Source: Acholeplasma sp.
Lineage (GTDB): Bacteria; Bacillota_I; Bacilli_A; Acholeplasmatales; UBA5453
Length of the DNA: 64,000 nt
Direction: 5' to 3'
Assembly: GCA_036677365.1 (NCBI GenBank)
Contig: JAVBWN010000030.1
Span: 64,001 to 128,000 of the forward strand
Shown here: positions 49,310 through 60,503 of the stretch, in pieces
Layout of the letters: the number at the start of each line of letters is the position of its first letter
Position numbering within the stretch: position 1 is the first letter of the stretch
The notes under the pieces: generated by a model
Seen by the model: only the letters and a program-made list of their open reading frames with translations
What the model was told of the DNA's origin: nothing
Database searches by the model: none
Program-made: the position numbers and the translations under genes

Positions 49310-51121
49310 ATGGAAATTAGAAACGTCGCAATCATCGCTCACGTCGACCACGGTAAGACTACGCTCGTCGATGAATTGTTAAAACAATCCGAGCGTAAAA
49401 ATACCCACGAACTCATCCAAGAGCGTGCTATGGACTCCAATGATATCGAAAGAGAACGCGGTATTACCATCCTTGCAAAAAACACTGCGATTGAATATAA
49501 GGGTTACAGAATCAATATTTTAGATACCCCAGGTCACGCTGACTTTGGTGGTGAAGTTGAACGCATCATGAACATGGTTGACGCGGTTGTTTTGGTCGTC
49601 GATGCCTATGAAGGTGCGATGCCACAAACCCGATTTGTATTGAAAAAAGCACTAGAAGCAAAACTCAAACCGATCGTTGTCATCAATAAAATCGACCGTG
49701 CATTTGCGCGTCCACTCGAAGCAGTGAATGAGGTTCTAGATTTATTTATTGAACTCAATGCGGATGAGTCACAACTGGATTTCCCAATCGTTTATGCCTC
49801 TGGCATCAAAGGATTGGCTTCTTTTGACCATGAATTTAAGGATGCTAAAAGCATGGTACCTTTACTAGATACCATCATCAAATACGTTCCAGCGCCGGCT
49901 CAAGAAAAAGACAAACCGCTTCAATTCCAACCAGCGTTGTTAGACTATAACGATTATGTGGGTAGAATTGGTATCGGAAAAATCTATCAAGGGACCATCA
50001 AAGTCAATCAAAACGTCAGTTGTTTACGTTTAGATGGCACCATCAAACCATTTAGAGTACAGAAATTATTCTCGTTTTTAGGCCTAACCCGTATTGAAGT
50101 CGAAGAAGCCTATGCAGGCGATATTGTCGCGATTGCAGGCTTAACTGACATCAACGTGGGCGAAACGGTATGTGAACAAGGACAAGAAATTGCCTTACCA
50201 ATTTTACATATCGATGAACCAACGGTTCAAATGACATTTGGTACGAACACATCGCCATTTGCAGGTAAAGAAGGCAAATTTGTTACCGCGTCAAAAATTG
50301 AAGAACGTTTGTATAAAGAGACTCAAAAAGACGTTTCTTTAAGGGTTGAACGTTTGAATACCAAAGAAGAATGGATTGTCTCTGGTAGAGGTGAACTGCA
50401 CTTAGGTATTTTAATTGAAAACATGCGCCGTGAAGGCTTCGAATTCCAAGTTTCTCGTCCACAAGTCATCATTCAAGAAATTAATGGTGTCAAACATGAA
50501 CCGTATGAATTCGTTCAAGTCGACTGTCCAATCGATGTGGTCGGTACAGTCATCGAAATGCTGGGGGCTCGTAAAGGGGTCATGGGCAATATGATTTCAC
50601 ATCAAAACCAAACCAGATTAACCTATACCATGCCAAGCCGTGGGTTGATTGGATTCATGACTGATTTCATGACAGCAACCAAGGGTTATGGTATTTTGAA
50701 CCACTCATACCTCGAATACCGTCCGGTTGAACACATCGATGTCGGTAACCGTTCCACGGGTGCGTTAGTATCTTTATTGGAAGGTATGACCACCGCCTAC
50801 GCAATTGGTCGTTTAGAAGACCGTGGTACGATGTTTGTTGAACCGCGCGTATCTGTGTATGAAGGCATGATCGTTGGGGTAGCGAATAAAGAGTTTGATT
50901 TGGCTGTAAACGTCACACAAGAAAAGCAATTGACCAACATGAGAAGTGCGGGTAAAGATACCACCGTTGTCTTAAAAAGACCACGTGAATTGTCGCTAGA
51001 AGCTTGTTTAGAATTCATCAATGACGATGAGTTGGTAGAAATCACACCGAAGAATATCCGTTTGAGAAAACGCATTTTAAGGACCAACGAACGTAAAAAG
51101 TTCGATAACTATAAATATTAA
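49310..51121 (+). CDS. typA: Translational GTPase TypA/BipA
   Basis: [41 protein letters not shown]. Confidence 0.97.
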   Translation: MEIRNVAIIAHVDHGKTTLVDELLKQSERKNTHELIQERAMDSNDIERERGITILAKNTAIEYKGYRINILDTPGHADFGGEVERIMNMVDAVVLVVDAYEGAMPQTRFVLKKALEAKLKPIVVINKIDRAFARPLEAVNEVLDLFIELNADESQLDFPIVYASGIKGLASFDHEFKDAKSMVPLLDTIIKYVPAPAQEKDKPLQFQPALLDYNDYVGRIGIGKIYQGTIKVNQNVSCLRLDGTIKPFRVQKLFSFLGLTRIEVEEAYAGDIVAIAGLTDINVGETVCEQGQEIALPILHIDEPTVQMTFGTNTSPFAGKEGKFVTASKIEERLYKETQKDVSLRVERLNTKEEWIVSGRGELHLGILIENMRREGFEFQVSRPQVIIQEINGVKHEPYEFVQVDCPIDVVGTVIEMLGARKGVMGNMISHQNQTRLTYTMPSRGLIGFMTDFMTATKGYGILNHSYLEYRPVEHIDVGNRSTGALVSLLEGMTTAYAIGRLEDRGTMFVEPRVSVYEGMIVGVANKEFDLAVNVTQEKQLTNMRSAGKDTTVVLKRPRELSLEACLEFINDDELVEITPKNIRLRKRILRTNERKKFDNYKY

Positions 51122-51124
51122 TAG

Positions 51125-51159
51125 GATATCAAGGCCTTTTTGGTCTTGATATTTTTTTT
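51125..51159 (+). terminator. Terminator after typA
   Basis: ATATCAAGGCC-ttttt-GGTCTTGATAT followed by a T-tract. Confidence 0.8.
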
Positions 51160-51235
51160 GAATTAAGGATTTTGTATCTTTAAAGATACAGGAAAAAAAT
51201 GTTATACTTATCATAATGAATAGGAGAATGTGACT

Positions 51236-51679
51236 ATGATTGCAATCGGCAGTGACCACGCTGGGTTTGAATTAAAACAACAACTCATTGCGTATTTTAA
51301 AGAAAAACAAATCCCGTATCAAGATTTTGGTACCGATGGATTGGCTTCGGTAGACTATCCAGATTATGGGATCAAAGTAGGCGAAGCAGTAGCGACAGGC
51401 AATTACGCATTCGGGATTGTCATTTGTGGGACCGGGATTGGCATTTCCATTTCGGCCAATAAAGTTAAAGGGGTCAGAGCAGCCCTCATTTATGATGAAA
51501 ATACCGCTCGTTTAGCAAAACAACATAACAACGCCAATGTGATTGCACTAGGGGGAAGAACCCATCCTTATGAACTTGCCGTTTCACTTGTAGAGACCTT
51601 TAGAAATGAAACATACGAACCAAGACATCAAAAACGTTTGGATAAATTATCGATATATGAAAAGGAGCACTACAAATGA
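51236..51679 (+). CDS. rpiB: Ribose-5-phosphate isomerase B
   Basis: GSDHAG, VDYPD, CGTGIG, ANKVKG, HNNAN. Confidence 0.95.
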   Translation: MIAIGSDHAGFELKQQLIAYFKEKQIPYQDFGTDGLASVDYPDYGIKVGEAVATGNYAFGIVICGTGIGISISANKVKGVRAALIYDENTARLAKQHNNANVIALGGRTHPYELAVSLVETFRNETYEPRHQKRLDKLSIYEKEHYK

Positions 51680-52302
51680 GTAAAGTCGTTGTATTGAAAC
51701 ACCCGCTCATCGATCATAAGATGGCGAAGATTAGAGACAAAGCTACAGAGACCAAGCAGTTTAGAGAAACGGTATCCGAAATTGGTATGTTGGTAACGTA
51801 TGAGATTACCAGAGATTTTGAAACAGTCCCTAAACAAGTTGAGACACCCATCACGACAACAACAGCCTTTGTTCTTAAAAAACCGGTGGTAATCGTCCCG
51901 ATTTTAAGGGCAGGTCTTGGGATGGTAGAAGGCATTCACAACATCATTCCAAGTGCACGCATCGGTCATGTCGGTGTTTATCGCGATGAAGTGACTTTAG
52001 AACCTCATGAATATTTCGCGAAATTCCCTCTGGATATCGCAGATTCTGCTGTATTGGTGGTAGACCCAATGCTTGCTACCGGTGGGAGCGCATCCGCTGC
52101 CATCACGATGGTGAAAAGACGTGGGGCTACCGACATTCGTTTTGTTGGATTGGTCGGTTGTCCTGAAGGCGTTAAGCGACTTCAAAAAGACCACCCAGAT
52201 GTCGATATATATCTGGCTGCGATGGATGAAAGACTCAATGAAAAAGGCTACATCGTCCCTGGATTAGGTGACTGTGGCGACCGTCTCTTTGGTACCAAAT
52301 AA
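51676..52302 (+). CDS. upp: Uracil phosphoribosyltransferase
   Basis: [28 protein letters not shown]. Confidence 0.97.
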   Translation: MSKVVVLKHPLIDHKMAKIRDKATETKQFRETVSEIGMLVTYEITRDFETVPKQVETPITTTTAFVLKKPVVIVPILRAGLGMVEGIHNIIPSARIGHVGVYRDEVTLEPHEYFAKFPLDIADSAVLVVDPMLATGGSASAAITMVKRRGATDIRFVGLVGCPEGVKRLQKDHPDVDIYLAAMDERLNEKGYIVPGLGDCGDRLFGTK

Positions 52303-52499
52303 TGTTTGACAATGCGGTCTATTTTATCACCTTCGCTGTATCTGCAGTTTGGATCATCGAAGTGTTAAAAAAAAGCCAATTTGAAAAGGCATTTAAGCCG
52401 AATTCAACTTGGCATATTCGATCGTTTTATATCATCATTACCCTGATTGGTGCGCATTTGCTGGCGTCGATGGTAGAACGTATTTTCAATCTATTTTAG
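52302..52499 (+). CDS. Small membrane protein, YwzB/DUF1146-like
   Basis: Two TM segments with 'FEKAFKPN' between them; translationally coupled to upp (TAATG). Confidence 0.6.
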   Translation: MFDNAVYFITFAVSAVWIIEVLKKSQFEKAFKPNSTWHIRSFYIIITLIGAHLLASMVERIFNLF

Positions 52500-53091
52500 G
52501 TATTTTCACATCCACCATCCCTTGGTCAACCATCTTGACCTGGTGATAGTTTGATTTCAACGTATCTATAGATATTTCATTCAATACAGCATCCACTTCG
52601 ATATGTTCACCAAAGGACTTATCCACGATGGTTATCGTATCTTTGGTTTGATAGACAAACGTATCAAATAAATGGTAAGGCAAATAGATTTTAACCCAAG
52701 GTTTTTTCACTAATGTGTAACAAACCGCCAGTTTAACAGCTTCAACGGTTGCGTTGGTATAAGCTCGAATCAACCCGCCAGCCCCCAGTTTGATGCCCCC
52801 AAAATACCGTGTGACGACACAAAGGACATCGGTGAGTTGGTGGTGTTTTAAAACCTCTAATATGGGGACACCCGCGGTTTTTGCAGGTTCTTTATCATCA
52901 CTGGCTTTCACTTCTTTACCGTCACGAACGATGTAGGCATAACAATTATGATTGGCCTCACGATGTAATACACGCACTTGAGCGAGGATGGCATTGGCTT
53001 CATCTACCGAGTGCACGATATATAACTGCGCGATAAATTTCGATTTATCGATGACCAACTCTGTTTGAACATTTGCTTGAATATAATACAT
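52486..53091 (-). CDS. YigZ/IMPACT family protein
   Basis: KSKFIA, ANHNCYAY, DDKEPAKTAG, RYFGGIKLGAGGLIRAY. Confidence 0.92.
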   Translation of the reverse strand: MYYIQANVQTELVIDKSKFIAQLYIVHSVDEANAILAQVRVLHREANHNCYAYIVRDGKEVKASDDKEPAKTAGVPILEVLKHHQLTDVLCVVTRYFGGIKLGAGGLIRAYTNATVEAVKLAVCYTLVKKPWVKIYLPYHLFDTFVYQTKDTITIVDKSFGEHIEVDAVLNEISIDTLKSNYHQVKMVDQGMVDVKIPKID

Positions 53092-53120
53092 TGACTCACC
53101 TCATCTAGGTAGGTAATCCC

Positions 53121-54311
53121 ATGAAAAAGAGATTTAGACATGTTTTATTATACACGCTTTTAAGACCATTGTTTAGAATTATTGTGTGGTTTAGGTATCG
53201 ATTCATTGGAAGAAAATACAAAGGCCCAGCCAAAGGACCTTATTTAATCTTGGGTAATCACACCGTCAACTGGGACCCGATACTGTTGGCTATGAGTTTT
53301 AGAGAACCGATTTATTATGTCGCTTCTGACATGTTGTTTTCTATCCCAGTCATTTCCAAAATCCTGTATTACTTGGTTCAACCCATTTCTAAATCCAAAT
53401 ATAAAGCCGATACAGAAACGGTAAAAAATATGATCAAAGTTGCGCGTTCAGGCGGGTCTATTGGTATATTTCCAGAAGGCAACCGCACGTTTTCAGGACG
53501 CATCATGTACATGCCTTACTCCATATCGAAATTGATCAAACTCCTCAAACTACCCGTATTATTTTACCGCTTAGAAGGTGGTTATTTGACCAGTCCAAGA
53601 TGGGCTGTACACAACAGAAGAGGTAAGATGCGGGGCTATGTCAAAACCACATGGACCTATGAGGAATATAAAGATTTATCCAACGATGAAATCTATCAGT
53701 TTGTTGTCGACCAATTGTCTGTCAATGACTTAGATATGCAAATGGCTAACCCCCGAAGATTCCGTGGGAAACATTACGCTGAATACATCGAACGTGCTTT
53801 CTTCGTCTCCCCAGTCACCGATCGCATTGGTACGATTTATTCTGATAAAGACGATATTTTCGAGCATGGGTCAAATCTTCACTACCGGATGAATTCCTAT
53901 GGTTTAATTGACAATATCGGGCCGACCAAATATTATCCAAATACCATTTTGTGGTACGATCATCAAGTCAAAGTTGTAGAGGATTTGATTGATCAAAAAG
54001 TAGATACACCGCTATTTGAAGAAAATGCGAAAGCATATGAACTCTTAAAACGAAAACAAATACCATTGTCCGATTCGCACATGGTTTTATATACAGATCG
54101 TTTCACCTTTACAATCCAAGGGGAAGTTCAAACCTGGTTTTACAAGGATATTTTGCCAGCTGTACAATATTCACACACACTCATCGTTTATCACAAAGAA
54201 CTGGTTAAGACCTATTTCTTTGTTGGTGATGAACGATTCAATGCATTAAAATACGTGATGTTTGCGAAAACATATCAAAGGAGGGTTCTAAACTATGATT
54301 CAGAACTATGA
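53121..54311 (+). CDS. PlsC-like acyltransferase
   Basis: NHTVNWD (HX4D), IFPEGNR, PRW. Confidence 0.8.
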   Translation: MKKRFRHVLLYTLLRPLFRIIVWFRYRFIGRKYKGPAKGPYLILGNHTVNWDPILLAMSFREPIYYVASDMLFSIPVISKILYYLVQPISKSKYKADTETVKNMIKVARSGGSIGIFPEGNRTFSGRIMYMPYSISKLIKLLKLPVLFYRLEGGYLTSPRWAVHNRRGKMRGYVKTTWTYEEYKDLSNDEIYQFVVDQLSVNDLDMQMANPRRFRGKHYAEYIERAFFVSPVTDRIGTIYSDKDDIFEHGSNLHYRMNSYGLIDNIGPTKYYPNTILWYDHQVKVVEDLIDQKVDTPLFEENAKAYELLKRKQIPLSDSHMVLYTDRFTFTIQGEVQTWFYKDILPAVQYSHTLIVYHKELVKTYFFVGDERFNALKYVMFAKTYQRRVLNYDSEL

Positions 54312-55731
54312 GTCTTTCGCTACGTGGGGTGCCATTATTTATTTCCTTATTTTGTCGGTGCTATTGTTACTAGGTAATGTCATCAGACGCAAGATTCCCC
54401 TATTTAAAAAGTCATTATTGCCAACAGCGGTCATCGCAGGGTTAATCGGCTTAATCATTAAAGAAGTTGTATTTCGACCACTTTCTGTGAATGGCACTTT
54501 ACCGGTAGATTCGGTCGTCAAATTTAACCAATTTTTAAACCTCATTACTTATCATACGTTAGGTTTGGGTTTCATTGCGATGGGGTTAAAAGTGAATGAA
54601 AAATTCGAAATTAAGACCAATCGTAGCCACGCCTATTACAATGGTATGGTCATTGTATCGACTTATTTATTACAAGGTGTCATCGGGATTGCGATGACAT
54701 TGTTGTTCGCTTATACATTCATGCCTGCCTTTAAATCGGGTCCAGGGCTCGCAACCGGCATTCTATTGCCCTTTGGTTTTGGACAAGGCCCAGGTCAAGC
54801 CAATAACTTTGGGATCATCTATGAAACCTTTGATCCAAATGGTTTTGTGGGTGGGCAGTCCTATGGTTTAGCCATGGCATCGATGGGGTTCATTTGGGCA
54901 GCCATTGGTGGGGTATTCTATCTTAACCGTGTTCAAAAGAAACGCGTAAAAGGTGAAGAAATGGCACCACAAATGACTTCAATTCAAGAAATCAGTGCAC
55001 CAGATGAAATTCCTGTGGCAGAATCGATTGATAAACTGACCGTTCAAATTGCCCTCATCGTAACCGTCTATGGGTTAACTTTATTGACCATGTTTGGTCT
55101 TTCTCGTCTGGTTGCACTCAATGAAACGACCTACCGTATGCTCAATTCCTTGATTTGGGGATTTAACTTCATCTTCGGTATGGTGATTGCCTTGTTATCC
55201 AAAAAGTTCTTTGTTTATTTACGTAAAGTGGGTTGGATGACCAGACAATATCCAAATAACTTTATGTTAAATCGTATTGCTGGCGTGGTCTTTGATTTGA
55301 TGGTGGTGGCATCCATCACCGCGATCAATATGGAAGACTTATCCCAAAATAATATATGGATTGCTTTCTTATTGATTTCTTCTGTGGGTGGTGCAATCAC
55401 CATGTATTACCTACATCATTTAACCAAACGCGTGTATCAACAATACCCATTGGAGGCTTTTTCTGCGATGTATGGTACTTTAACAGGCACAGCATCCACA
55501 GGGATTGCCTTGTTACGTGAAGTTGACCCTTACTATAAAACACCAGCGGCTACAGATTTGGTCACCGGAACCACAACCGCCATCTTATTTGGCTTGCCAA
55601 TTCTCTTGATTGCTTCCTATGCCCCACAAGGCATTACCCAGTCAATCATCTCATTGGTTATCCTCACTGTATTGTTCGCCCTATTTGCAGGATTCTTATT
55701 TAAGAAGCACTCATTGAAGAAGAAGGCATAG
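54295..55731 (+). CDS. Sodium/glutamate symporter family (GltS-like)
   Basis: LPTAVIAG, GFGQGPGQ, GTLTGTASTGIALLR..DP; about 12 TM segments. Confidence 0.8.
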   Translation: MIQNYESFATWGAIIYFLILSVLLLLGNVIRRKIPLFKKSLLPTAVIAGLIGLIIKEVVFRPLSVNGTLPVDSVVKFNQFLNLITYHTLGLGFIAMGLKVNEKFEIKTNRSHAYYNGMVIVSTYLLQGVIGIAMTLLFAYTFMPAFKSGPGLATGILLPFGFGQGPGQANNFGIIYETFDPNGFVGGQSYGLAMASMGFIWAAIGGVFYLNRVQKKRVKGEEMAPQMTSIQEISAPDEIPVAESIDKLTVQIALIVTVYGLTLLTMFGLSRLVALNETTYRMLNSLIWGFNFIFGMVIALLSKKFFVYLRKVGWMTRQYPNNFMLNRIAGVVFDLMVVASITAINMEDLSQNNIWIAFLLISSVGGAITMYYLHHLTKRVYQQYPLEAFSAMYGTLTGTASTGIALLREVDPYYKTPAATDLVTGTTTAILFGLPILLIASYAPQGITQSIISLVILTVLFALFAGFLFKKHSLKKKA

Positions 55732-55836
55732 TTTTGCCTTCTTTTTTTGGTTTTGTAAACCTAAAATGTTGGATTTTTTTGACTTAATCACGTAAAAATG
55801 CTATAATCTCTATCAAGATTGGAGATTTAACACACT

Positions 55837-57213
55837 ATGGAACTACCGCTGATAATCTTATTATTGGTTGTATTATTGATGCTGAGCTCAATGCTCTCCC
55901 TTTTTGAGATTGCGATTGAATCGGTAAATAAAACTAAATTAAAAACACTGGCAGACGAGGGAAACCTCAAAGCTAAACGGGTCATTAAGTTGACCGAAAA
56001 CGACGAGTCATTATCGATTTTACACATCGGTTATCAAGTATTCGCTATTTTTGGCACGATCATTTTAGGCTTTTATTGGATTGATAACTTGATTGCTGGT
56101 TTGAATAACCTGATGAGTTTAGAGACAAGATTACCTAGCAATTTAGCCTTCTTATCCAGTGCGATTTATCAAACACTCGCCTTTATTTTGTTGGCTTTTA
56201 TTTGGATTACAGTTGTTCTTATATTTGGGTACATTGTACCAAGAAAAGTAGGGATTAAGTATAACGAGCGTCTGGCTTTAAGATACATTGGGTTTATCGA
56301 GTTCAATGTCGGTTTATTTAAACCATTATTTGGATTTGTTGTATTATTATCTAAAGGCATTTTAAAGTTATTCAAGATACATTATCATGAAGACTTAGAA
56401 AAAGTATCTGAAGAAGAAATCATCTCATTGATTGAATCTGGAACAGAACACGGGACCATCAATGAAGATGAGCAAGAAATGATTTCATCTGTACTCGAGT
56501 TTAATGACATTACCGCGGTTGAGATCATGACACCAAGAACAGAAGTGTATATGATCGATATCAATGAATTTAATGAACATACCATCGATGAAATGATTCA
56601 AGAAAACTATTCACGTATTCCGGTTTATGACGATTCACCCGATGACATCATTGGTGTGGTTTACATTAAAGATGTATTCAGAGAAGCGAGAAAAGTCGGT
56701 TTTGAACATGTCGATTTGAAAAAGATATTAAATAAACCTTATTTTGTCCCAGCTAGAAAAAAGATTGATGCCTTATTTAAAGAACTACAAGCGGCTAAAT
56801 CGTATATGGGCATCCTTGTGGATGAGTACGGTGGTTTCCAAGGGATTGTCACCATTGAAGACTTGATTGAAGAAGTTATGGGCGACATTTATGATGAATA
56901 TGATGAAGACATTTCTGACATCAAAGAGATTGAACCGAATACATATTTAGTCAATGGATTGCTATCTGTTGAAGAAGTCAATGAAGCATTAAACACGCAA
57001 ATACCTGAAGATGATTCATATGAAACCATCGCAGGGTTCATTTTGTCGCATATTGGGTATATACCAGATGTGAAAGATGACATTACCGTTAATTTAGATA
57101 ATATCACACTCAAAGTGGATAAAATGGACGATAAGCGTATTGATCAAGTCATCATAAAGATTGTACCAAAAGTAGAAACGAACGACGAAAACACAGAAGA
57201 ACAGTCTAACTAA
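55837..57213 (+). CDS. CNNM/CorC-HlyC family protein (DUF21-CBS-CorC)
   Basis: IMTPRT, YSRIPVY, VDEYGG, TIEDLIEE, YETIAG. Confidence 0.9.
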   Translation: MELPLIILLLVVLLMLSSMLSLFEIAIESVNKTKLKTLADEGNLKAKRVIKLTENDESLSILHIGYQVFAIFGTIILGFYWIDNLIAGLNNLMSLETRLPSNLAFLSSAIYQTLAFILLAFIWITVVLIFGYIVPRKVGIKYNERLALRYIGFIEFNVGLFKPLFGFVVLLSKGILKLFKIHYHEDLEKVSEEEIISLIESGTEHGTINEDEQEMISSVLEFNDITAVEIMTPRTEVYMIDINEFNEHTIDEMIQENYSRIPVYDDSPDDIIGVVYIKDVFREARKVGFEHVDLKKILNKPYFVPARKKIDALFKELQAAKSYMGILVDEYGGFQGIVTIEDLIEEVMGDIYDEYDEDISDIKEIEPNTYLVNGLLSVEEVNEALNTQIPEDDSYETIAGFILSHIGYIPDVKDDITVNLDNITLKVDKMDDKRIDQVIIKIVPKVETNDENTEEQSN

Positions 57214-57270
57214 GACTGTTTTTTTACTTTTTCAAGAGATTATTATGATATAATAAAACAGGTGATAATA

Positions 57271-58431
57271 ATGGACGCTATCAAGCAATCCCTCTATGTA
57301 ATACGAGCCCTAAAGAAACAAAATTTTGAAGCCTTTTTTGTCGGAGGCTGTGTTCGTGATTACTTACTAAAACGTGATACCATCGATGTCGATATCGCAA
57401 CCAATGCGAACCCTTACAAGGTCATGGACATCACTAAAGCCAAGCCGACAGGCCTACCTTATGGTACCGTCAGTATTCAAAAAGAAAAACTCAAAATCGA
57501 AATAACGACATATAGAAGAGACGCACAATATACCGATAATCGTCATCCAGACGAAGTGATTCCGGTTCAAACCATTGAAGAGGACGTTAAAAGACGCGAT
57601 TTTACAATCAATGGGTTAGCCATGAACGACGCTTACCAAATCATGGATTTTGTTGGTGGTAAAGAGGACTTAAGATTAAAAATTATTCGTGCCATCGGCA
57701 ACCCCGATGAACGTTTTCAAGAAGACAGTTTACGCATTTTAAGAGCCGCTTATTTTCAAGCCAAACTTGGGTTCCAAATCGAAAAGGAAACCCGTTTAAG
57801 CATGGCTAAAAACAAAGATTTAATCCAAAATCTACCGAATGAACGGGTCTTTACTGAATTGATAAAATTGTTGAAAGAACCCAACCAATTGAATGCTTTG
57901 AAGACACTCGATACCTCAGGCATTTCTAAGGTGTTACCAGGGTTAGAAAAAGGTATCCATTTCGTGGTTGAAAACATGAAAGAACCGCTATTTATTGATG
58001 CATTCTTCGCCCTATGCTTTACACTGCATGGACAGGTGCCATCAGAATGGAAATTCTCCAATATCGCCAGATTAAAATATGAAAAAGTCGTTGAACTCGT
58101 CAACAGAAATCAACCGCTTTCCGATTTAGATCTATTTACACAAGGACTTGAAATTTGTTTGTTGACCAATAAAGTCGCATTCTTATTGGGCAAGTCCTCC
58201 AACCAAAAGCGTGCTTTAGAAGAACGATTCCAACACTTGCCACTCAAAAGTGCGTTGGATTTGAAGCTAAGAGGCTCAGACTTAATATCGATCACCAATA
58301 AGAAACAAGGTGCATGGGTGTCCAAAGCCATCGATGATATGGTTGTCGCTGTGCTCGAAAAACGCGTTCTAAACGAGTATGAAGCACTCAAGACGTATGT
58401 TTTACAGAAAGAGGTTAAACATGAAAAGTGA
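57271..58431 (+). CDS. cca: CCA-adding tRNA nucleotidyltransferase
   Basis: VGGCVRD, DVDIAT, RRDFTIN, RFQEDSLRILR. Confidence 0.9.
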   Translation: MDAIKQSLYVIRALKKQNFEAFFVGGCVRDYLLKRDTIDVDIATNANPYKVMDITKAKPTGLPYGTVSIQKEKLKIEITTYRRDAQYTDNRHPDEVIPVQTIEEDVKRRDFTINGLAMNDAYQIMDFVGGKEDLRLKIIRAIGNPDERFQEDSLRILRAAYFQAKLGFQIEKETRLSMAKNKDLIQNLPNERVFTELIKLLKEPNQLNALKTLDTSGISKVLPGLEKGIHFVVENMKEPLFIDAFFALCFTLHGQVPSEWKFSNIARLKYEKVVELVNRNQPLSDLDLFTQGLEICLLTNKVAFLLGKSSNQKRALEERFQHLPLKSALDLKLRGSDLISITNKKQGAWVSKAIDDMVVAVLEKRVLNEYEALKTYVLQKEVKHEK

Positions 58432-60502
58432 TTTCTTTTCTTACTTAGATGGTTTTAATTTAATCACGATTATGGTACCTAAACCAATCGATAATGATCA
58501 TAAAAAGTTTGCCCTTGAAAGTGGCGTTCAAAAGATTGCTTTAACCATCACAAAAGTCCAAAATATCGGGGCAGAAACCAAATATACGTGTGCCATCAAT
58601 GACACCATCTTTTTAAATCAAAACTACATGGTTTTTGATGAATCGAGAAACCAATCCTTTTTAAGAACGGGACAAATCGTTCGTACCGAACTATTCGATA
58701 TGATGTACGATTATGATGGGGATGATTTAGGTGTCACCTATAGTGAGACACAATCCACCTTTAAGCTTTGGACACCTGTAGCCAAAGAAGTTGAACTTGA
58801 ACTCATTGACTTAAAAGGGATTAAGCAATTCATCGATCTACGTTACCAAGAATTAGGCATTTGGTCGGTGACCATATTTGGCAATTTAGATGGGTACAAA
58901 TACCGTTATAAAGTCCGAGTGAATGAAACATTCAAGACAACCACAGACCCATATGCCATCGCTTCATCCGCCAATGGGGCATACAATTACGTCGTAAATC
59001 CTCAAAAATTTTATGCGTTTAAACACGTCAAACCTGAGTTTTCGGGTCGTAAAGTAGACGCCATCATTTATGAAGCCTCAATCCGTGACTTTACGATTGG
59101 TAAGTCTTCAAAGGCTAAACAAAAAGGTTTATACAAAGGATTCATTGAAGAACTACCCAATGAAGGTTTAGCACACATCACCGATTTGGGGATTACCCAT
59201 GTTCAATTGATGCCAGTGTATGACTTTGAAGGTACCGATGAAATAAAGAAAGATGAGTTTTATAACTGGGGCTATAACCCTTCACAATACAACGTTCCAG
59301 AAGGTTGGTTCTCAGCCAACCCTGACCACCCATATGAACGTATCAATGAATTGCGTGAACTCGTCGATACCCTCCACGGTAAAGGCTTAAGAGTCAATAT
59401 GGATGTGGTCTATAACCATGTGTATAATATGGGGACATTCCCATTTGAAAAATTGGTGCCAGGCTATTTCTTCCGGTTTGATGATAAAGGCATTCGCACC
59501 GAAGTTTCAGGCTGTGGAAACGACATCGCTTCAGAACGTCCGATGATGCAAAAATTCATTTTAAACTCCATCAAATGGTGGATGAACACCTATCACATCG
59601 ATGGATTTAGATTCGATTTGATGGGTTTATTAGACATTGAAACCATGAATAAAGTCGATAGTTTGGTTCGCTCAATTGACCCCGCTGCGTTCGTGTATGG
59701 TGAAGGTTGGAATATGTCTAATACCTTGCCACCAGAAAAACGCGCACACATGGGCAACCAACAATTCATGCCATTCATCGCCCATTTTAATGACGCATTT
59801 AGAGAAGCCATCAAAGGGGGAACGTTCTCCTCAACCCTCGGTTTCGCGATGGGTGGAAAAGTATCGAATGCGGATTTATTCTATTTATTCACAGGCAGCG
59901 CAGTCGACCAATACCGTTTCTTTAATCCCAATCAATCGATTAACTATATTGAGTGCCACGATAACCATACCTTCTATGACCGAGCAAAAGTATTGAATCC
60001 AAACTTTACTGACGCTGAAATCAAAGATTTCTCTAGACTTGGATTAAGCTTCGTATTGCTTTCACAAGGTGTTCCATTCATCCATGCGGGACAAGAATTT
60101 TTAAGAACCAAACAAGGGGTAGAAAATTCATATAAATCCCCAGATAGTATCAACCAAGTGGACTGGACACTGAGAGCACAACACCTCGATTTAATCCAAA
60201 CAGTCAAAGATTTGATCGATATTAGAAAGACGTATAAAGTGTTTAGATTAAGACAAGTTGCTGACATCAAGCAATCCATTCGTATATCAGAACAAAGTGT
60301 CCAAACCTCCACCGTTTCATTCACATTAAATGGCCTAAATCAGACGATTAGGGTGTTCTTTAAGAATAACTATATCGATGAACTATTACCTGCGGGCGAA
60401 GGCTTTAGAGTCATTTTTGACGGGTTTAAAAAAGTTGACCAACCAGTCACATCGTATGTAGTTAATCAACCCGGTGCATATATATTTGTAAAGGAGAACT
60501 AA
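58421..60502 (+). CDS. pulA: Type I pullulanase (GH13), no signal peptide
   Basis: YNWGYNP, DVVYNH, GFRFDLM, YGEGW, ECHDN, HAGQEF. Confidence 0.92.
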   Translation: MKSDFFSYLDGFNLITIMVPKPIDNDHKKFALESGVQKIALTITKVQNIGAETKYTCAINDTIFLNQNYMVFDESRNQSFLRTGQIVRTELFDMMYDYDGDDLGVTYSETQSTFKLWTPVAKEVELELIDLKGIKQFIDLRYQELGIWSVTIFGNLDGYKYRYKVRVNETFKTTTDPYAIASSANGAYNYVVNPQKFYAFKHVKPEFSGRKVDAIIYEASIRDFTIGKSSKAKQKGLYKGFIEELPNEGLAHITDLGITHVQLMPVYDFEGTDEIKKDEFYNWGYNPSQYNVPEGWFSANPDHPYERINELRELVDTLHGKGLRVNMDVVYNHVYNMGTFPFEKLVPGYFFRFDDKGIRTEVSGCGNDIASERPMMQKFILNSIKWWMNTYHIDGFRFDLMGLLDIETMNKVDSLVRSIDPAAFVYGEGWNMSNTLPPEKRAHMGNQQFMPFIAHFNDAFREAIKGGTFSSTLGFAMGGKVSNADLFYLFTGSAVDQYRFFNPNQSINYIECHDNHTFYDRAKVLNPNFTDAEIKDFSRLGLSFVLLSQGVPFIHAGQEFLRTKQGVENSYKSPDSINQVDWTLRAQHLDLIQTVKDLIDIRKTYKVFRLRQVADIKQSIRISEQSVQTSTVSFTLNGLNQTIRVFFKNNYIDELLPAGEGFRVIFDGFKKVDQPVTSYVVNQPGAYIFVKEN

Positions 60503-60503
60503 C

